Shown: positions 19,383 through 29,361 of the stretch, piece by piece
Position numbering within the stretch: the first letter of the stretch is position 1
How the letters are laid out: every line of letters begins with the position of its first letter
Assembly: GCA_903831865.1 (NCBI GenBank)
Contig: CAIKZH010000003.1
Span: forward strand, 1 to 58,150
Origin: an uncultured Coriobacteriia bacterium
Lineage (GTDB): Bacteria > Actinomycetota > Coriobacteriia > Anaerosomatales > PALSA-660
Direction: 5' to 3'
DNA: 58,150 nt
Made by a program: the position numbers and the translations under genes
Notes under the pieces: model-generated
The model's input: only the letters and a program-made list of their open reading frames with translations
The model's database searches: none
Told to the model about the DNA's origin: nothing

Positions 19383-20885
19383 TCAGCCGCCGATGACGAA
19401 CGCCCCTCCGCCCGCGTTCGCGTCCTGCTCAGCCGCGCGTGCCGCCATCGCGAGCGCGACGGCGGCGTCGATGCGCTCCTCCTCGTGGAGCTTGGTGAGC
19501 CTCCAGCCACGCCCGGGCTTGTCGTGCACGCCGCAGTTGAGGATCGCCGTGGTGAGTTCGTCGGCCCCGGTCCCACCCGCGCGAGTCGTCTTGCCCGCGC
19601 GGATGAGGTGGCGACGGATGAGCTCGTGCAGGTTGTCCGCGGCCGGGATCATGTATGCGTCGGACTGCGGCAGGTCGACCATCGGCAGGCCCTCGGAGGC
19701 GAGGATCGAACTGGAGCGGGTCATGAAGTACGGATCCACCAGCACCTGCTCGACGTAGTTCTCTGCGCACAGGTCTCGCAGAAGCTGCTCGATCGCCTCG
19801 AAATCCATCTGGCCTGTGATGTCGCTCGCGCGAAAGACCCACGTGCGCAGGTTGTGATGGCCGTCCGTGCTGCGCTGATCGAGCACGACCGCCGACGTGT
19901 CGCGCTTCGAGGCGGCGTCCACGCCCACGAAGCACGGCGTGCAGTCGTCGAAGAGCGGCAGCGTGAGGCACTTCTGCCAGTCCTGCCACCGAAACGCCCG
20001 CGCGGCGCCCTTGGAGACAGGGAAGCGGTTGAGGTGGTAGCGCTCGAACTCCCACAGCGGCAGCGTGTCGTGGGCGGTCTTGAGTGCGGGGACCGTGATC
20101 CACGGCATCGGGTTGGCGTCCTTCCACACCTTCGAGTCGTGTGGATCGTCCTCGTCGTCGGCACCGCACCAGTAAACGTAGCCGTGCGAATCCCGCCGCA
20201 GGTTCGGGATGAGCTCCCACAGAGGACCCTTGCGCTCCGGACCAGCGGTGGAGAGCACGATCAGCAGACCCTCGGTCTCCCAGTTGCCGATCATGCCGGA
20301 CGACATTGCGTCGTAGACGCCGGTGTCCTTGTGCACGTGGTACTCGTCGATCACGCACACGTCGGCGTGTCGGCCCTGCACGGACTTCTCGTCGCCGGGA
20401 AGGACCTGAAAGACGGCGCCGGTGGCCGCTATCTGTATCGAGCTCTTGAACACCTGGCACGAACGGCTCAGGTCGGCATCATGCAGGACCATCGCCCGGG
20501 CCTTGTCGAACAGGATGTGGGCCTGCTCCCGGTCACGCGCCACGACGTAGTACTGCCCCTGGTAGCGATGCTCGAGGAACATGCACGCGAGCACGAGGGC
20601 GGCGCCGAGTTCGGTCTTGGCGCCGTCACGCGGAAGGCTGATGAGCGCCTTGCGGACGCGGCGACGGCCCTTGCGATCGAGGTCGGCGAAGATCGGCAGG
20701 ATGATGTTGTCGAGCTGGAACCTGACCGGCTCAAGCGGCGTGAACGCGACCTTCCCGCCGCCCAGATGGACGAGATGCTCGGCGCAGAAGACCCGGATCA
20801 TCTCGGCGCGCAGCATCCCCGCCTCGCCGTAGCGCTCGGGCAGCTTCGAGGAGTACCCGTTGCCGCGGGCGCGGCGCGCACTCAC
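19383..20885 (-). CDS. terL: Terminase large subunit
   Basis: Walker A-like PRDGAKTE, Walker B VIDEYH, LSTAG, WKDANP, nuclease VGVDAASKRD and RIDAAVALAMA. Confidence 0.93.
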   Translation of the reverse strand: MSARRARGNGYSSKLPERYGEAGMLRAEMIRVFCAEHLVHLGGGKVAFTPLEPVRFQLDNIILPIFADLDRKGRRRVRKALISLPRDGAKTELGAALVLACMFLEHRYQGQYYVVARDREQAHILFDKARAMVLHDADLSRSCQVFKSSIQIAATGAVFQVLPGDEKSVQGRHADVCVIDEYHVHKDTGVYDAMSSGMIGNWETEGLLIVLSTAGPERKGPLWELIPNLRRDSHGYVYWCGADDEDDPHDSKVWKDANPMPWITVPALKTAHDTLPLWEFERYHLNRFPVSKGAARAFRWQDWQKCLTLPLFDDCTPCFVGVDAASKRDTSAVVLDQRSTDGHHNLRTWVFRASDITGQMDFEAIEQLLRDLCAENYVEQVLVDPYFMTRSSSILASEGLPMVDLPQSDAYMIPAADNLHELIRRHLIRAGKTTRAGGTGADELTTAILNCGVHDKPGRGWRLTKLHEEERIDAAVALAMAARAAEQDANAGGGAFVIGG

Positions 20886-21442
20886 CCCTCGTCCTTGCCG
20901 GCGAGCCTCGCGCGATTGGCGATCGCCTTCTTCTCGACGTGCTCCGCGACCGCGAAGGCGACCGCGGCGGTGGCGGTCTCCATGAAGTTACCGCGGACAC
21001 GGGCGATCGGGTTGAGTGCGAGCTCGTTGGAGAGCATCCGCAGCCGGTCGAGCGCCTCGCCGTGCATCTTGACCGCCGGGTTCTGCTTCATGCGATGGCC
21101 GACGATGACCGCCTCGCCGTCGCCGTTCTTGGCCAGGATCGGCTCGCGCATCATCTCGCCGTACTCGTCGATCAGCTTCTCGGCGGCGATCATGATGCCG
21201 GCCTGGGCGCAGTAGCCGCGTACCAGCACGAGGTCGGGTTCACGCAGGTGCCCGAGCGTCGCCATGTCCGCGACGATCATGTCCCAGATCTGCTGTGCGA
21301 TCGGAGACAGCGCGCTGGGCGCTTCGGCGCTCGCGACCCTCTGCTCGACCCGAGTAACCTCCGCAGGCTTGGCGCGGCCCGGTCCCTTGCGATGCCCCGC
21401 GCGGCTGCCGTCAGGCTTCGGGACACGCCCCTGTCCGCTCAT
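20882..21442 (-). CDS. terS: Terminase small subunit, P27 family
   Basis: GRVPKP...APSALSPIAQQIW...YC...KQNPAV...ELALNPIARVR; directly upstream of terL. Confidence 0.85.
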   Translation of the reverse strand: MSGQGRVPKPDGSRAGHRKGPGRAKPAEVTRVEQRVASAEAPSALSPIAQQIWDMIVADMATLGHLREPDLVLVRGYCAQAGIMIAAEKLIDEYGEMMREPILAKNGDGEAVIVGHRMKQNPAVKMHGEALDRLRMLSNELALNPIARVRGNFMETATAAVAFAVAEHVEKKAIANRARLAGKDEG

Positions 21443-21807
21443 CGCAGCGCCCCAGGGAAACGCTCGTCGAGCAGAGCGCGGATGCCATTGCATACGTGCT
21501 CGCACCGGGCGGCGAGCCCGGGACGTGCCTCGGAGGCCAGTCGGGCGAACATCGAGGCCACCACGGCGGCTTCGATGATCGTCCGGGCGACCTGCGTGTC
21601 TGTGTCCGGCGCCGGTGGCAGCTTGAGCTCGGCGTGGTCGATGGCGGGTCGCCACTGCGCTGACATCGCGCGTTGGCGGCAGGCGGCCGTGCGGCAGGCC
21701 GTGGAGCAGTACATCCGCGCCGGCCCGCGTCTTGCGCGAGGGGGCAGCTCGTTCTCGCATCCGATGCGCGCGCAGACGCGGCGGGGGTCTTTGGACGATG
21801 TTTCCAT
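21439..21807 (-). CDS. Zinc-finger (CGNR-like) protein between cos and terS
   Basis: C-ARIG-C...RRGPARMYCSTACR; paralogue at 50561-50941. Confidence 0.7.
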   Translation of the reverse strand: METSSKDPRRVCARIGCENELPPRARRGPARMYCSTACRTAACRQRAMSAQWRPAIDHAELKLPPAPDTDTQVARTIIEAAVVASMFARLASEARPGLAARCEHVCNGIRALLDERFPGALR

Positions 21808-21860
21808 GTGCCCAGCGTGGCCGGGCTGTCAGGAAACTCGTTACATCGTCCGAACCATTG

Positions 21861-21955
21861 CGTTACCGCGAAACGCCCAGATTCGGGCGCAAAGAAGGGC
21901 GCCTGGCAGGCAGGGTCGGGGTGTCAGGAGGCTGGAGATTCGACCCCCCTTACCC
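21861..21955 (-). other. Putative cos/packaging-initiation region of the prophage
   Basis: GGGTAAGGGGGGTCGAATCTC...GACCC...CGCG motif of the kind found upstream of P27 terS in HK97-like phages; repeated at 47486 and 49975. Confidence 0.6.
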
Positions 21956-22275
21956 TAATGGGCCCAGCAAACGCTAGGCACGCAGTTACCTCGAGTGTGT
22001 GCTGCGTCCCTGCGGTGCGACGGGCAGTTCATTTGGGCGCTGCCGCCCGTTGCGGGAGTCGCCGATGGCTGCCCCATCGTGTCCAACGGCATAAGACGGC
22101 AGGGATGTTGCATGGAGGTTACGTATGCGGCGAGCTGGCGCGGTCACTCTCAGCCAGTTCCGTACTGTCGGCTGTCGGGCGCACGAATCCAAGGCCCACT
22201 GGAGTAGTCTGAATCCCGGAGTCGCATCAGCTCCCCGTCATCGGCGCAAGCCGTCCAGCGCAGTCGAGAACCGAC

Positions 22276-23433
22276 TTGGAGGTCGCCCTCTTGGGTGCAT
22301 TCGTCATAGGAATGGGCAAGACAAGGTTCGGTCCGACGTCCAAGCCCATGTTCGAACTTGCGCAGGAAGCTGCGCTCGACGCCCTCCGCGACGCCAGCCT
22401 GCAACCCGACGAGGTCGACGCAATCATCGTCGCGAACTTCCTCGGAGGCCCAAACGAGGGTCAACTTCATCTGAACTCCGTGCTCGCAGGCATCTTCCCA
22501 GGGGTCCACGTGCCAAGTTGGAGAACTGAGGCCGCCTGTGCTTCCGGAGGCGTCGCAGTCCACCAAGCGGTCCTCGCTCTTGCGAGGTACAGACGCGTCC
22601 TCGTCATTGGCGTTGAGCGTCTGAGCGGGGTAGTCGGAACCCAGCTCGCGCGAAACATCGGAATGGCAGGGGACGCGATCCTCGACGTCGCTGAGGGGGT
22701 GAGCTTTCCTGCGGCGTACGCGCTCGTGGCGCAGTCACACATGATGCGCTTTGGCACGACAACCCGCGACCTTGAGTTGGTGAGTTTGAAGAATCACGCG
22801 AACGCGAACCTCAACCCGAAGGCTCACTTCTATCTCAAGAAGGTCACGCAAGGGGACATCGACCAAGGACCCATGGTCGCCTCTCCCTTGAGGCTCTTCG
22901 ACTGCTGCCCTATCTCCGATGGAGCGGCTGCACTCGTCGTGTCTAGTGAGCGGTCACGCGACGACGACATTGAGATTAGGGGTTCCGCCTTGGCCAGTGA
23001 TGTCATTTCACTTTCGCAGAGGGAGGACACGACCAGTTTCGCGGCGACGAAGGAAGCTGCAGGCCGTGCGTATGCGGAAGCGGGAATCACCCCGGGAGAG
23101 GTGGATCTAGCCGAAGTCCATGACTGCTTTACGATTGCTGAGATCGTCGCGATGGAGGATCTCGGTCTATGTCGCCCAGGAGAGGCCGTCGACGCGATTC
23201 GTGCGGGAGACAGCGGAATCAATGGCCGCCTCCCTGTGAACCCCAGCGGCGGATTGAAGGCGGGCGGTCATGCAATCGGCGCCACCGGAGTGAGCCAGAT
23301 TTGCGAGATTGTGCTGCAGCTTCGAGGAGCCGCCGGCCTGAGGCAGGTGCCTGGAGCGCGAGTGGGAGTCGCGCACAGCGTCGGCGGAGTCGGCGGCACG
23401 AGTGCCGTCCATGTGCTGGGGGCCGTGCGATGA
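22276..23433 (+). CDS. Thiolase (SCP2/archaeal-type acetyl-CoA C-acyltransferase)
   Basis: EAACASGG, KNHANA..NP.A, DCCPISDGAAA, AEVHDCFTIAE, NPSGGLKAGGH.IGATG. Confidence 0.92.
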   Translation: MEVALLGAFVIGMGKTRFGPTSKPMFELAQEAALDALRDASLQPDEVDAIIVANFLGGPNEGQLHLNSVLAGIFPGVHVPSWRTEAACASGGVAVHQAVLALARYRRVLVIGVERLSGVVGTQLARNIGMAGDAILDVAEGVSFPAAYALVAQSHMMRFGTTTRDLELVSLKNHANANLNPKAHFYLKKVTQGDIDQGPMVASPLRLFDCCPISDGAAALVVSSERSRDDDIEIRGSALASDVISLSQREDTTSFAATKEAAGRAYAEAGITPGEVDLAEVHDCFTIAEIVAMEDLGLCRPGEAVDAIRAGDSGINGRLPVNPSGGLKAGGHAIGATGVSQICEIVLQLRGAAGLRQVPGARVGVAHSVGGVGGTSAVHVLGAVR

Positions 23434-24533
23434 GTCTCTACAAGTGCCCGGAGTGTGGCCGTTCTTACCGCTACTCAGTGAGCGTGTGCAGCTGGTGCCA
23501 CATCCCGCTCGTCGAAGAGGCATGGGAAGGGGCGACCGCAGTCGCAGTCTCCGAAGTCTTGGTGCCGATGTTGGGACACGAGGACGTGCCTTACTGGTGT
23601 GTCTTGGCCCGAACGCACGAGGGCTACAACTTGATTCTGAAGAGCGACGTGGCGGTTTCCGTGGGCGACGCGATGTCCGCCGTCTCAGATGACACGATGC
23701 TGTCAGAGGTAGGAGTCATCGGCAGCGGCGTGATGGGCTCGTCAATCGTGGAGCTGCTTCTGACTCGAGGACATCGCGTTGTATGGCTCGGCCGGACCTC
23801 GGCGGGCTTGACCCGAGCCAAGGTGCGGGTTCTTGACCGCTTGGGACGAACCCAGGACGAGGTCGAACTCCAGTCCTCGGCGCAACGTCTCACAATCTCC
23901 AATGACGACGCCGCCCTAGCGGCGTGCGATGTAGTCATCGAAGTTGTTGTCGAGCAATTGCAGGCAAAGAAGGACGCCTTGCGCAACGCTGAAGCCGCGA
24001 TGCGCAGCGATGCCATCCTCGCAACCAATACATCTGGCCTGTCTCTGGACGACCTGGCGGCCGGCCTCGCGAGGCCAGAGAAGTTCGGCGCGCTCCACTT
24101 CTTCAACCCGGCAACACGCATGCGCCTGGTCGAGACTGCGGTATGCTCGCGAACCAGCCAGCAAACGTCACTCGAACTGGATCGATTCGCGCGCTCACTC
24201 GGCAAGATTCCTGTCCGGGTCGCCGCTACCCCGGCCTTCGCGGTCAACCGCGCGCTGATGCCACTCTTGAACGAGGCGGTTCGCGAGCTGGAGGAGAATG
24301 TGGCGGACGCGGCGTCGATCGATGAAGCCGTGAGGCTCGGACTGAACCATCCAATGGGACCGCTCGCGCTTGCCGACCTTATCGGCTTGGACGTCCTTGT
24401 TGAGATCATGGACAACCTCGCGGACCGCCTCAGTGACGAGACATACAGACCGCGCCCGTTGATTCTTCGCATGGTCGCCGCCGGTGAGCTTGGACGCAAG
24501 TCCGGCAAGGGCTTCTACGAATACGCGAAATAG
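23430..24533 (+). CDS. 3-hydroxyacyl(butyryl)-CoA dehydrogenase with N-terminal DUF35-like Zn-ribbon/OB domain
   Basis: CPECG...CSWC N-terminus; GVIGSGVMG, ATNTS, HFFNP, NHPMGPLALADLIGLD, LGRKSGKGFYEY. Confidence 0.88.
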   Translation: MSLYKCPECGRSYRYSVSVCSWCHIPLVEEAWEGATAVAVSEVLVPMLGHEDVPYWCVLARTHEGYNLILKSDVAVSVGDAMSAVSDDTMLSEVGVIGSGVMGSSIVELLLTRGHRVVWLGRTSAGLTRAKVRVLDRLGRTQDEVELQSSAQRLTISNDDAALAACDVVIEVVVEQLQAKKDALRNAEAAMRSDAILATNTSGLSLDDLAAGLARPEKFGALHFFNPATRMRLVETAVCSRTSQQTSLELDRFARSLGKIPVRVAATPAFAVNRALMPLLNEAVRELEENVADAASIDEAVRLGLNHPMGPLALADLIGLDVLVEIMDNLADRLSDETYRPRPLILRMVAAGELGRKSGKGFYEYAK

Positions 24534-24547
24534 AGCTCTCCGGGCTG

Positions 24548-25831
24548 CTAGAACTTGAAGAAGAGCTTTCGGCGGTAGAGGAACTCAGCCAGCAGCAGGA
24601 ATCCTCCGAGTTCAAGCGCGGAGAACAGGAGCGTCGCCGCAGTTGGTGACATGACCTTAGTCATCGCCCTCGCAATGAGCGCGGCCAGAGTCGTAACGTG
24701 TCCATGCCAGTCCAAGCGAATCAACCCGGTTGTCGCGGCGAACGCATTTTCGCCGATGAACATAAGAAGCGCGTTCCGGCCCAGAGGCACAAGCCAACGC
24801 CACCCCTTGGTTTTGCCCTTCATGTCGAGCCACCAATAGAGAAGGCCGAAAGCAAGGGTGGCAATTCCCGAGCTAACGAGCACGAAGGAAGCCGTCCAGA
24901 TGTACTTGTTGACGGGGAGGCCGATCTGGCCGAGCACGACTCCAGCGATGATGCCGACGATGCCCAGGGCAATCGTGGGGCGGACGATCTTGCCGGACCC
25001 GTGGTCCCCAACCACGAACTTGCCAAGCGTGAGACCGAGTAGGATCTGGGCGCTGACGGAGAGCAGACCGAGTGTGCCGTCGGGATCGAAGCCCGAAGCC
25101 TCATAAGTGTGATGAAGCCCCCAAAGCGTCTTGTCCACCCAGCCGGCGAGTGACGTGTGCTCGAGGACGGCCACTGACCCTGGGCCAGCCGGATTTGCTG
25201 TCCACGCGCCAGGTATTACGCCCGGCGCGTGGACATATAGAATCAGTACAGTGTGGATTGCGAGGAGGATGGCTGCGGCGCTGAGGGTCCACTTCCAGTC
25301 TTTGCGTATGAAGAACCATGCGACCCACGAGCCGATCGCGATTCGTTGTAGGACGCCCATCACCCGCAACATGCGGAAGGGCTCCACAAGGCTGATCCTG
25401 AAGTACGACACATCGTACTTGTAGAATCCCAGCGCCACCCCGATGGCGAAAAGGATCAGGACTCTCTTGACGAACTGCTTCGTGACCTGATCGTAGTTCT
25501 CATCGGTCAGCTTCCTCGCTGAGAATGCGAGGGACATGCCGACCGCAAACATGAACGCGGGCGCGATTGTGTCGGCTAGGTGGAATCCGTTCCACGCAGG
25601 GTGCAGAAGCCACCAAGGCGTCGCAGCTGCGATCAGCGGATGGTCCATGTAGATCATCAGACCAACGACGATTGCACGAAGGATGTCCAGCGACATGATC
25701 CGCGGCCGCGTTGCTTGAACGAGCGGGAGAACGTCAGTCGGAGGAGCGGTCACGGGATTTGCCGCGGCTTTGGGCACGGGGATGCTCCCAGGATCGGTGG
25801 CGAGCGGACGGCAGCAAGGGACAGACGGCAT
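24548..25831 (-). CDS. HGSNAT-like membrane acyltransferase (start uncertain)
   Basis: RIMSLDILR, H..WNGFHLAD.I.PAF.F.VG, GVLQRIA, DPDG.LG, PVNK.IWT.SFVL, LGRNAL. Confidence 0.88.
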   Translation of the reverse strand: MPSVPCCRPLATDPGSIPVPKAAANPVTAPPTDVLPLVQATRPRIMSLDILRAIVVGLMIYMDHPLIAAATPWWLLHPAWNGFHLADTIAPAFMFAVGMSLAFSARKLTDENYDQVTKQFVKRVLILFAIGVALGFYKYDVSYFRISLVEPFRMLRVMGVLQRIAIGSWVAWFFIRKDWKWTLSAAAILLAIHTVLILYVHAPGVIPGAWTANPAGPGSVAVLEHTSLAGWVDKTLWGLHHTYEASGFDPDGTLGLLSVSAQILLGLTLGKFVVGDHGSGKIVRPTIALGIVGIIAGVVLGQIGLPVNKYIWTASFVLVSSGIATLAFGLLYWWLDMKGKTKGWRWLVPLGRNALLMFIGENAFAATTGLIRLDWHGHVTTLAALIARAMTKVMSPTAATLLFSALELGGFLLLAEFLYRRKLFFKF

Positions 25832-25893
25832 GATAGTATACGTCCGCTTTCGGGGCACGGCCTTCGGTGCCGCGAACCGATAGGAGGGCTCAC

Positions 25894-27396
25894 ATGTCTC
25901 CATATGCTCAGGATGTCGCGACTGATCGCACCGCGGCACCTTCGGATGACGAGCGTTGGAAGCGGTTGTTCAGTCGCCCGGCGTTCTGGTTGACCGCGGT
26001 TGCTGCCCTCACCGTCGTCTCGGGCACTCTTGGGGTCTATCTGTCAGGTCGGCCGACGATCGTCTCGGTGACCAACGGCACCACCTCCATGCAGGCCGCC
26101 GGCGGCGACCGCCGGATCGTGGTGACATCCGTTGCGACGTCCAAGATCCCCCTGGCCGGCGTCGATGGATTCTCCTACGTCATCGATCACAACCCCGGAA
26201 CCGTTCCCAAGCCAGTGATCAATGCGACGACGATTCCCGATAGTTCGGCCCTCGCGATCCCAACGTACGACGGGTCGGGACAAGCGAACCATCCTGGAGT
26301 GATCGACTTTCTGACCGAATTCGGCATGCGGTCTTGGGCTGGATACCGCTACTGGATGTCGATGACTCCCTATCCGCAAGACAACGATGGATACGAGAAC
26401 CCGTCTATTCTTGTCTCGAACGACGGGGTGCGCTGGACCCGCCCGAAGGGACTTCGAGCTCCGCTAGCGACTCCAAGCGGCGGGTTCGTGCACCTCAAGA
26501 ACCATCTGAGCGATCCCGACCTCGTCTATGACGCGAAAGCGAATCGACTCGTGCTGTTCTACAGGGAGAACGAAGGTAGCCAGGCTGATTCCCGGGAAGT
26601 GATCAATCGGCTAGACATATCCTTCTCCGGCGCGTCGTTCCATCTTCAGCACTACCCCGCGGTGGTCTCACGATTCACGCGAGACGTTGAAATCCTGTCC
26701 CCGGGGGTGGTGATAGACCGGCAAGGAATGTGGCACATGTGGTTCACGTCGTTCTACCCGGAGGGCGGAGCTTACCGAAAGGCAGGCATTCTCAAGTTGT
26801 TCACGTGCTCGAGTTCGGATGGCGTGCGTTGGGGAGATCCTGTTCTGTGCACGCCGAGTCTCGACGCGCGCTTCTATGGCACCAACCCGCGACCGAATCT
26901 CCCATTCGGAGGCGGTGACCACCTCTACCCCTGGCACCTCGAGGCGAAGCTAGACGGCGACAAGATACAGCTACTGATCTGTACCTCGACGCGTGCCTCT
27001 GACGCATCCCTTGACGAAGGCAGCGCGCTCTACCTAGTTGTCACAACGCCGTCGCATCCCGCTTCGCTGACGTTCCCTGTCGACGGGCCCCTCGTCGCTG
27101 GAAATCCGGACGAAGCTATCTATCGTGCCGGGTTCGTCCCCGGACCGACAGACCGCATCTGGTATAGCGCGCGCGACGACTCGCACTGGTTCAGTGCTGC
27201 CGACCCAGGCCACTGGAAGATTGCGTTTCTTGAGGGACGCGTCAGCGACGGTATCTGGAGTGCGGCGTCCTCGGCGGCGATCGAGTTGCCCATCCTGACA
27301 CCCGGCCACTGGTACTTCCACGTTCGCGCTGTTAGCGGTCTAGGAGCTTGGTCCGGTACGTCCACCAAGAAGGTGGACGTGCTATCTGCGCGTTGA
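25894..27396 (+). CDS. Membrane-anchored/exported beta-propeller glycosidase-like protein
   Basis: N-terminal TM; YDGSGQANHP, YWMSMTPYP, ENPSILVSNDG, SDPDLVYD, SSDGVRW Asp-box-like repeats; GGAGG RBS. Confidence 0.7.
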   Translation: MSPYAQDVATDRTAAPSDDERWKRLFSRPAFWLTAVAALTVVSGTLGVYLSGRPTIVSVTNGTTSMQAAGGDRRIVVTSVATSKIPLAGVDGFSYVIDHNPGTVPKPVINATTIPDSSALAIPTYDGSGQANHPGVIDFLTEFGMRSWAGYRYWMSMTPYPQDNDGYENPSILVSNDGVRWTRPKGLRAPLATPSGGFVHLKNHLSDPDLVYDAKANRLVLFYRENEGSQADSREVINRLDISFSGASFHLQHYPAVVSRFTRDVEILSPGVVIDRQGMWHMWFTSFYPEGGAYRKAGILKLFTCSSSDGVRWGDPVLCTPSLDARFYGTNPRPNLPFGGGDHLYPWHLEAKLDGDKIQLLICTSTRASDASLDEGSALYLVVTTPSHPASLTFPVDGPLVAGNPDEAIYRAGFVPGPTDRIWYSARDDSHWFSAADPGHWKIAFLEGRVSDGIWSAASSAAIELPILTPGHWYFHVRAVSGLGAWSGTSTKKVDVLSAR

Positions 27397-27458
27397 CAGC
27401 GACCATCGCACTCCGCTTGCGCCCGAATCCGCCCATCCCCACTACCCGCGCTGCGAGG

Positions 27459-28289
27459 TCAGCGGATGGGCGCCGCAAGGACGCCCACCGTGGTCATGAG
27501 GTTGAGACAGACGCGGCGAAGCGAGTCGCCCTCTGGCAAGGGGATTACGAGACCAGGCTGTTGAGGCAGTGAGACCTCGTCTGGCCAGATTTGAAACCTC
27601 CCGTCCATGAGGACAAGATAGGCGCGGCGTGCCCGTTCCAGTTCACTGTCGCTGATCCGGTGCGCAGCCGGGTCCGAATCGTCGCTTCTCGGCAACCGCG
27701 CCAGCGCCGAGTAGCGTGCTGCGAGAAGGTCCAGACGTGCCCTCGCGTTCTCGGCGCGTCGCACGAGACCGCGGGGACGAGCCTCGCCTGACAGGGCACG
27801 GGAGAGGTCTCCTCGGTCGACCTGCTCCCCAGCTAGGAGACGGGCAACGCGATTCGTCAGCTCCAAACTGGCGGCGAAAGCTGACACGTTGTGAACGGAT
27901 GCGTCGACCAGAGCGCTGGCCGCATCACATGGCTTCACGCTGTACCTGTCGCGCCATGTCTGGAGATCCCTTCGGATCTGACGCATCGTCACGTAGCGGT
28001 CTCCGTACCAGAGCCAAACGAACACTGGAACGTTGGCCAGGTCCTCGATGTACCTCATGCCCGCTCGCCGTCTGTCGAGCAGTGTCAACAGCAATCGAAG
28101 CTGTGCTTGGGGCCATTTCGCGCAGCGTTCGCCGTCCCGGCCATCAACGGGTCTCGACGCGCACTCGAGTAGCCCCAGATCAGACCATTCGCGAATCAGG
28201 CGGGGAGTAACGGGCGTCCCCGCAGCGTGCGCCGCAACGACAAGATCGTCAGCTGTGTACATCGCCGCTCTCAAGATCGCCGAATACAC
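27459..28289 (-). CDS. Hypothetical protein with MerR-like HTH N-terminus
   Basis: YTADDLV...TPRLIREWSDLGLL. Confidence 0.5.
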   Translation of the reverse strand: MYSAILRAAMYTADDLVVAAHAAGTPVTPRLIREWSDLGLLECASRPVDGRDGERCAKWPQAQLRLLLTLLDRRRAGMRYIEDLANVPVFVWLWYGDRYVTMRQIRRDLQTWRDRYSVKPCDAASALVDASVHNVSAFAASLELTNRVARLLAGEQVDRGDLSRALSGEARPRGLVRRAENARARLDLLAARYSALARLPRSDDSDPAAHRISDSELERARRAYLVLMDGRFQIWPDEVSLPQQPGLVIPLPEGDSLRRVCLNLMTTVGVLAAPIR

Positions 28290-28548
28290 CTACCGCTCTA
28301 GCGCTCTTCCTGGCGTTCACCTCGTACGGGAACGAATCATAACGCTCGGCTCAAAGCGACGCGGCGTGGACGCGCAGTTCGCATGAGAGCGAGTGGCGCC
28401 TCTTCTGGGGCCAGTTCGAACTGCTGCCGCTCCGCTAATCCGTGGTTCGAGTTCTGCGGTGATGAACTGTCTTCGGGTAGCGGCGGCAAGGTAACCGCGG
28501 CGCAGGTTCTCCTCTACGATCGATCCGCCGTCGGACAGCGGCCCGTGA

Positions 28549-29330
28549 CTACTTTCGACCGACCCTCTCCTCACCCAGCGCCTTCAGGTCCGCGAGCAGC
28601 TGCGCGGTGTTGAATCCCTCGGGGCTCCTGCCCCCGCTCAGCACCTCGTCCGAGACGTAGGCGATCGCCTCGTCGCAGCACGCGGCCAGGAAGGAGCTCG
28701 CCATCTTCTGCACGCGTCCCACGTCACGCAGACGAGGTCGCGTCTGTGCGTCACGATCGGCACGTGGTGGCCGCCGAGGGTCGCGGTGTTGGTGCGCTTC
28801 ACCGTTCAGGCGCGTCCCGCGTTGAACTCGTCCATCGCGTAGGCAGGCAGCTGCAGGCCGATGCCCACGGCGCCGAACAGCCAGCATGCGGTCAGGATCT
28901 CGCTCACGTTGCCGCCCTCGATGGCGAGGTAGGCGGCGATCTTGTGCACGTGACCGTCCGCGTCGGTGATGCCGCTCTTGCGCCGCCACGACGCTGCCTT
29001 GGCCATGTCCGTGCCACGGTCGGTGGAAGGTTTGCCGGGGACATAGCCGGTCAGCGCCGAGTACGCGGAGATGACGCTCGCGGTGTCGAATCGGCAGGCC
29101 AGCGTCGGCACCGATTCGTCACACCACACCATGTGCTCGTGCGCCGCGCCGGCAAGCACGCAGTCGCCGACCGAGTCGTTGCCGAGCATGCCCCACGATA
29201 CGACCGTCTTCTCATGGCCGAAAGTCGCAGGCGGATGCGGCAGGACCGTCTTGTCCACGTAGTCGGCCAGGCGGAAGGTCGGCGGCATGGCTGAGAGTGT
29301 GCGGCCGGGGTGGAACTCGATCATCTTCAT
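28549..29330 (-). pseudogene. Papain-like cysteine peptidase pseudogene
   Basis: WGMLGNDSVGDCVLA and GGHHV..VTW motifs; in-frame TGA at 28806-28808 and a frameshift near 28720. Confidence 0.7.
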
Positions 29331-29361
29331 GCTCTTCCTCGTCCTCTCTTGCTGCCGGTTC

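Noticed and set aside
15553-21215. Very long plus-strand ORFs (747 aa, 635 aa) and alternate-frame ORFs over the head genes
   Set aside because: Shadow ORFs of high-GC coding sequence; the minus-strand frames carry clear phage motifs
28806-28808. TGA recoding (Trp or Sec) in the peptidase gene
   Set aside because: The same gene also has a frameshift and TGA is a normal stop elsewhere in the window; decay is the simpler explanation
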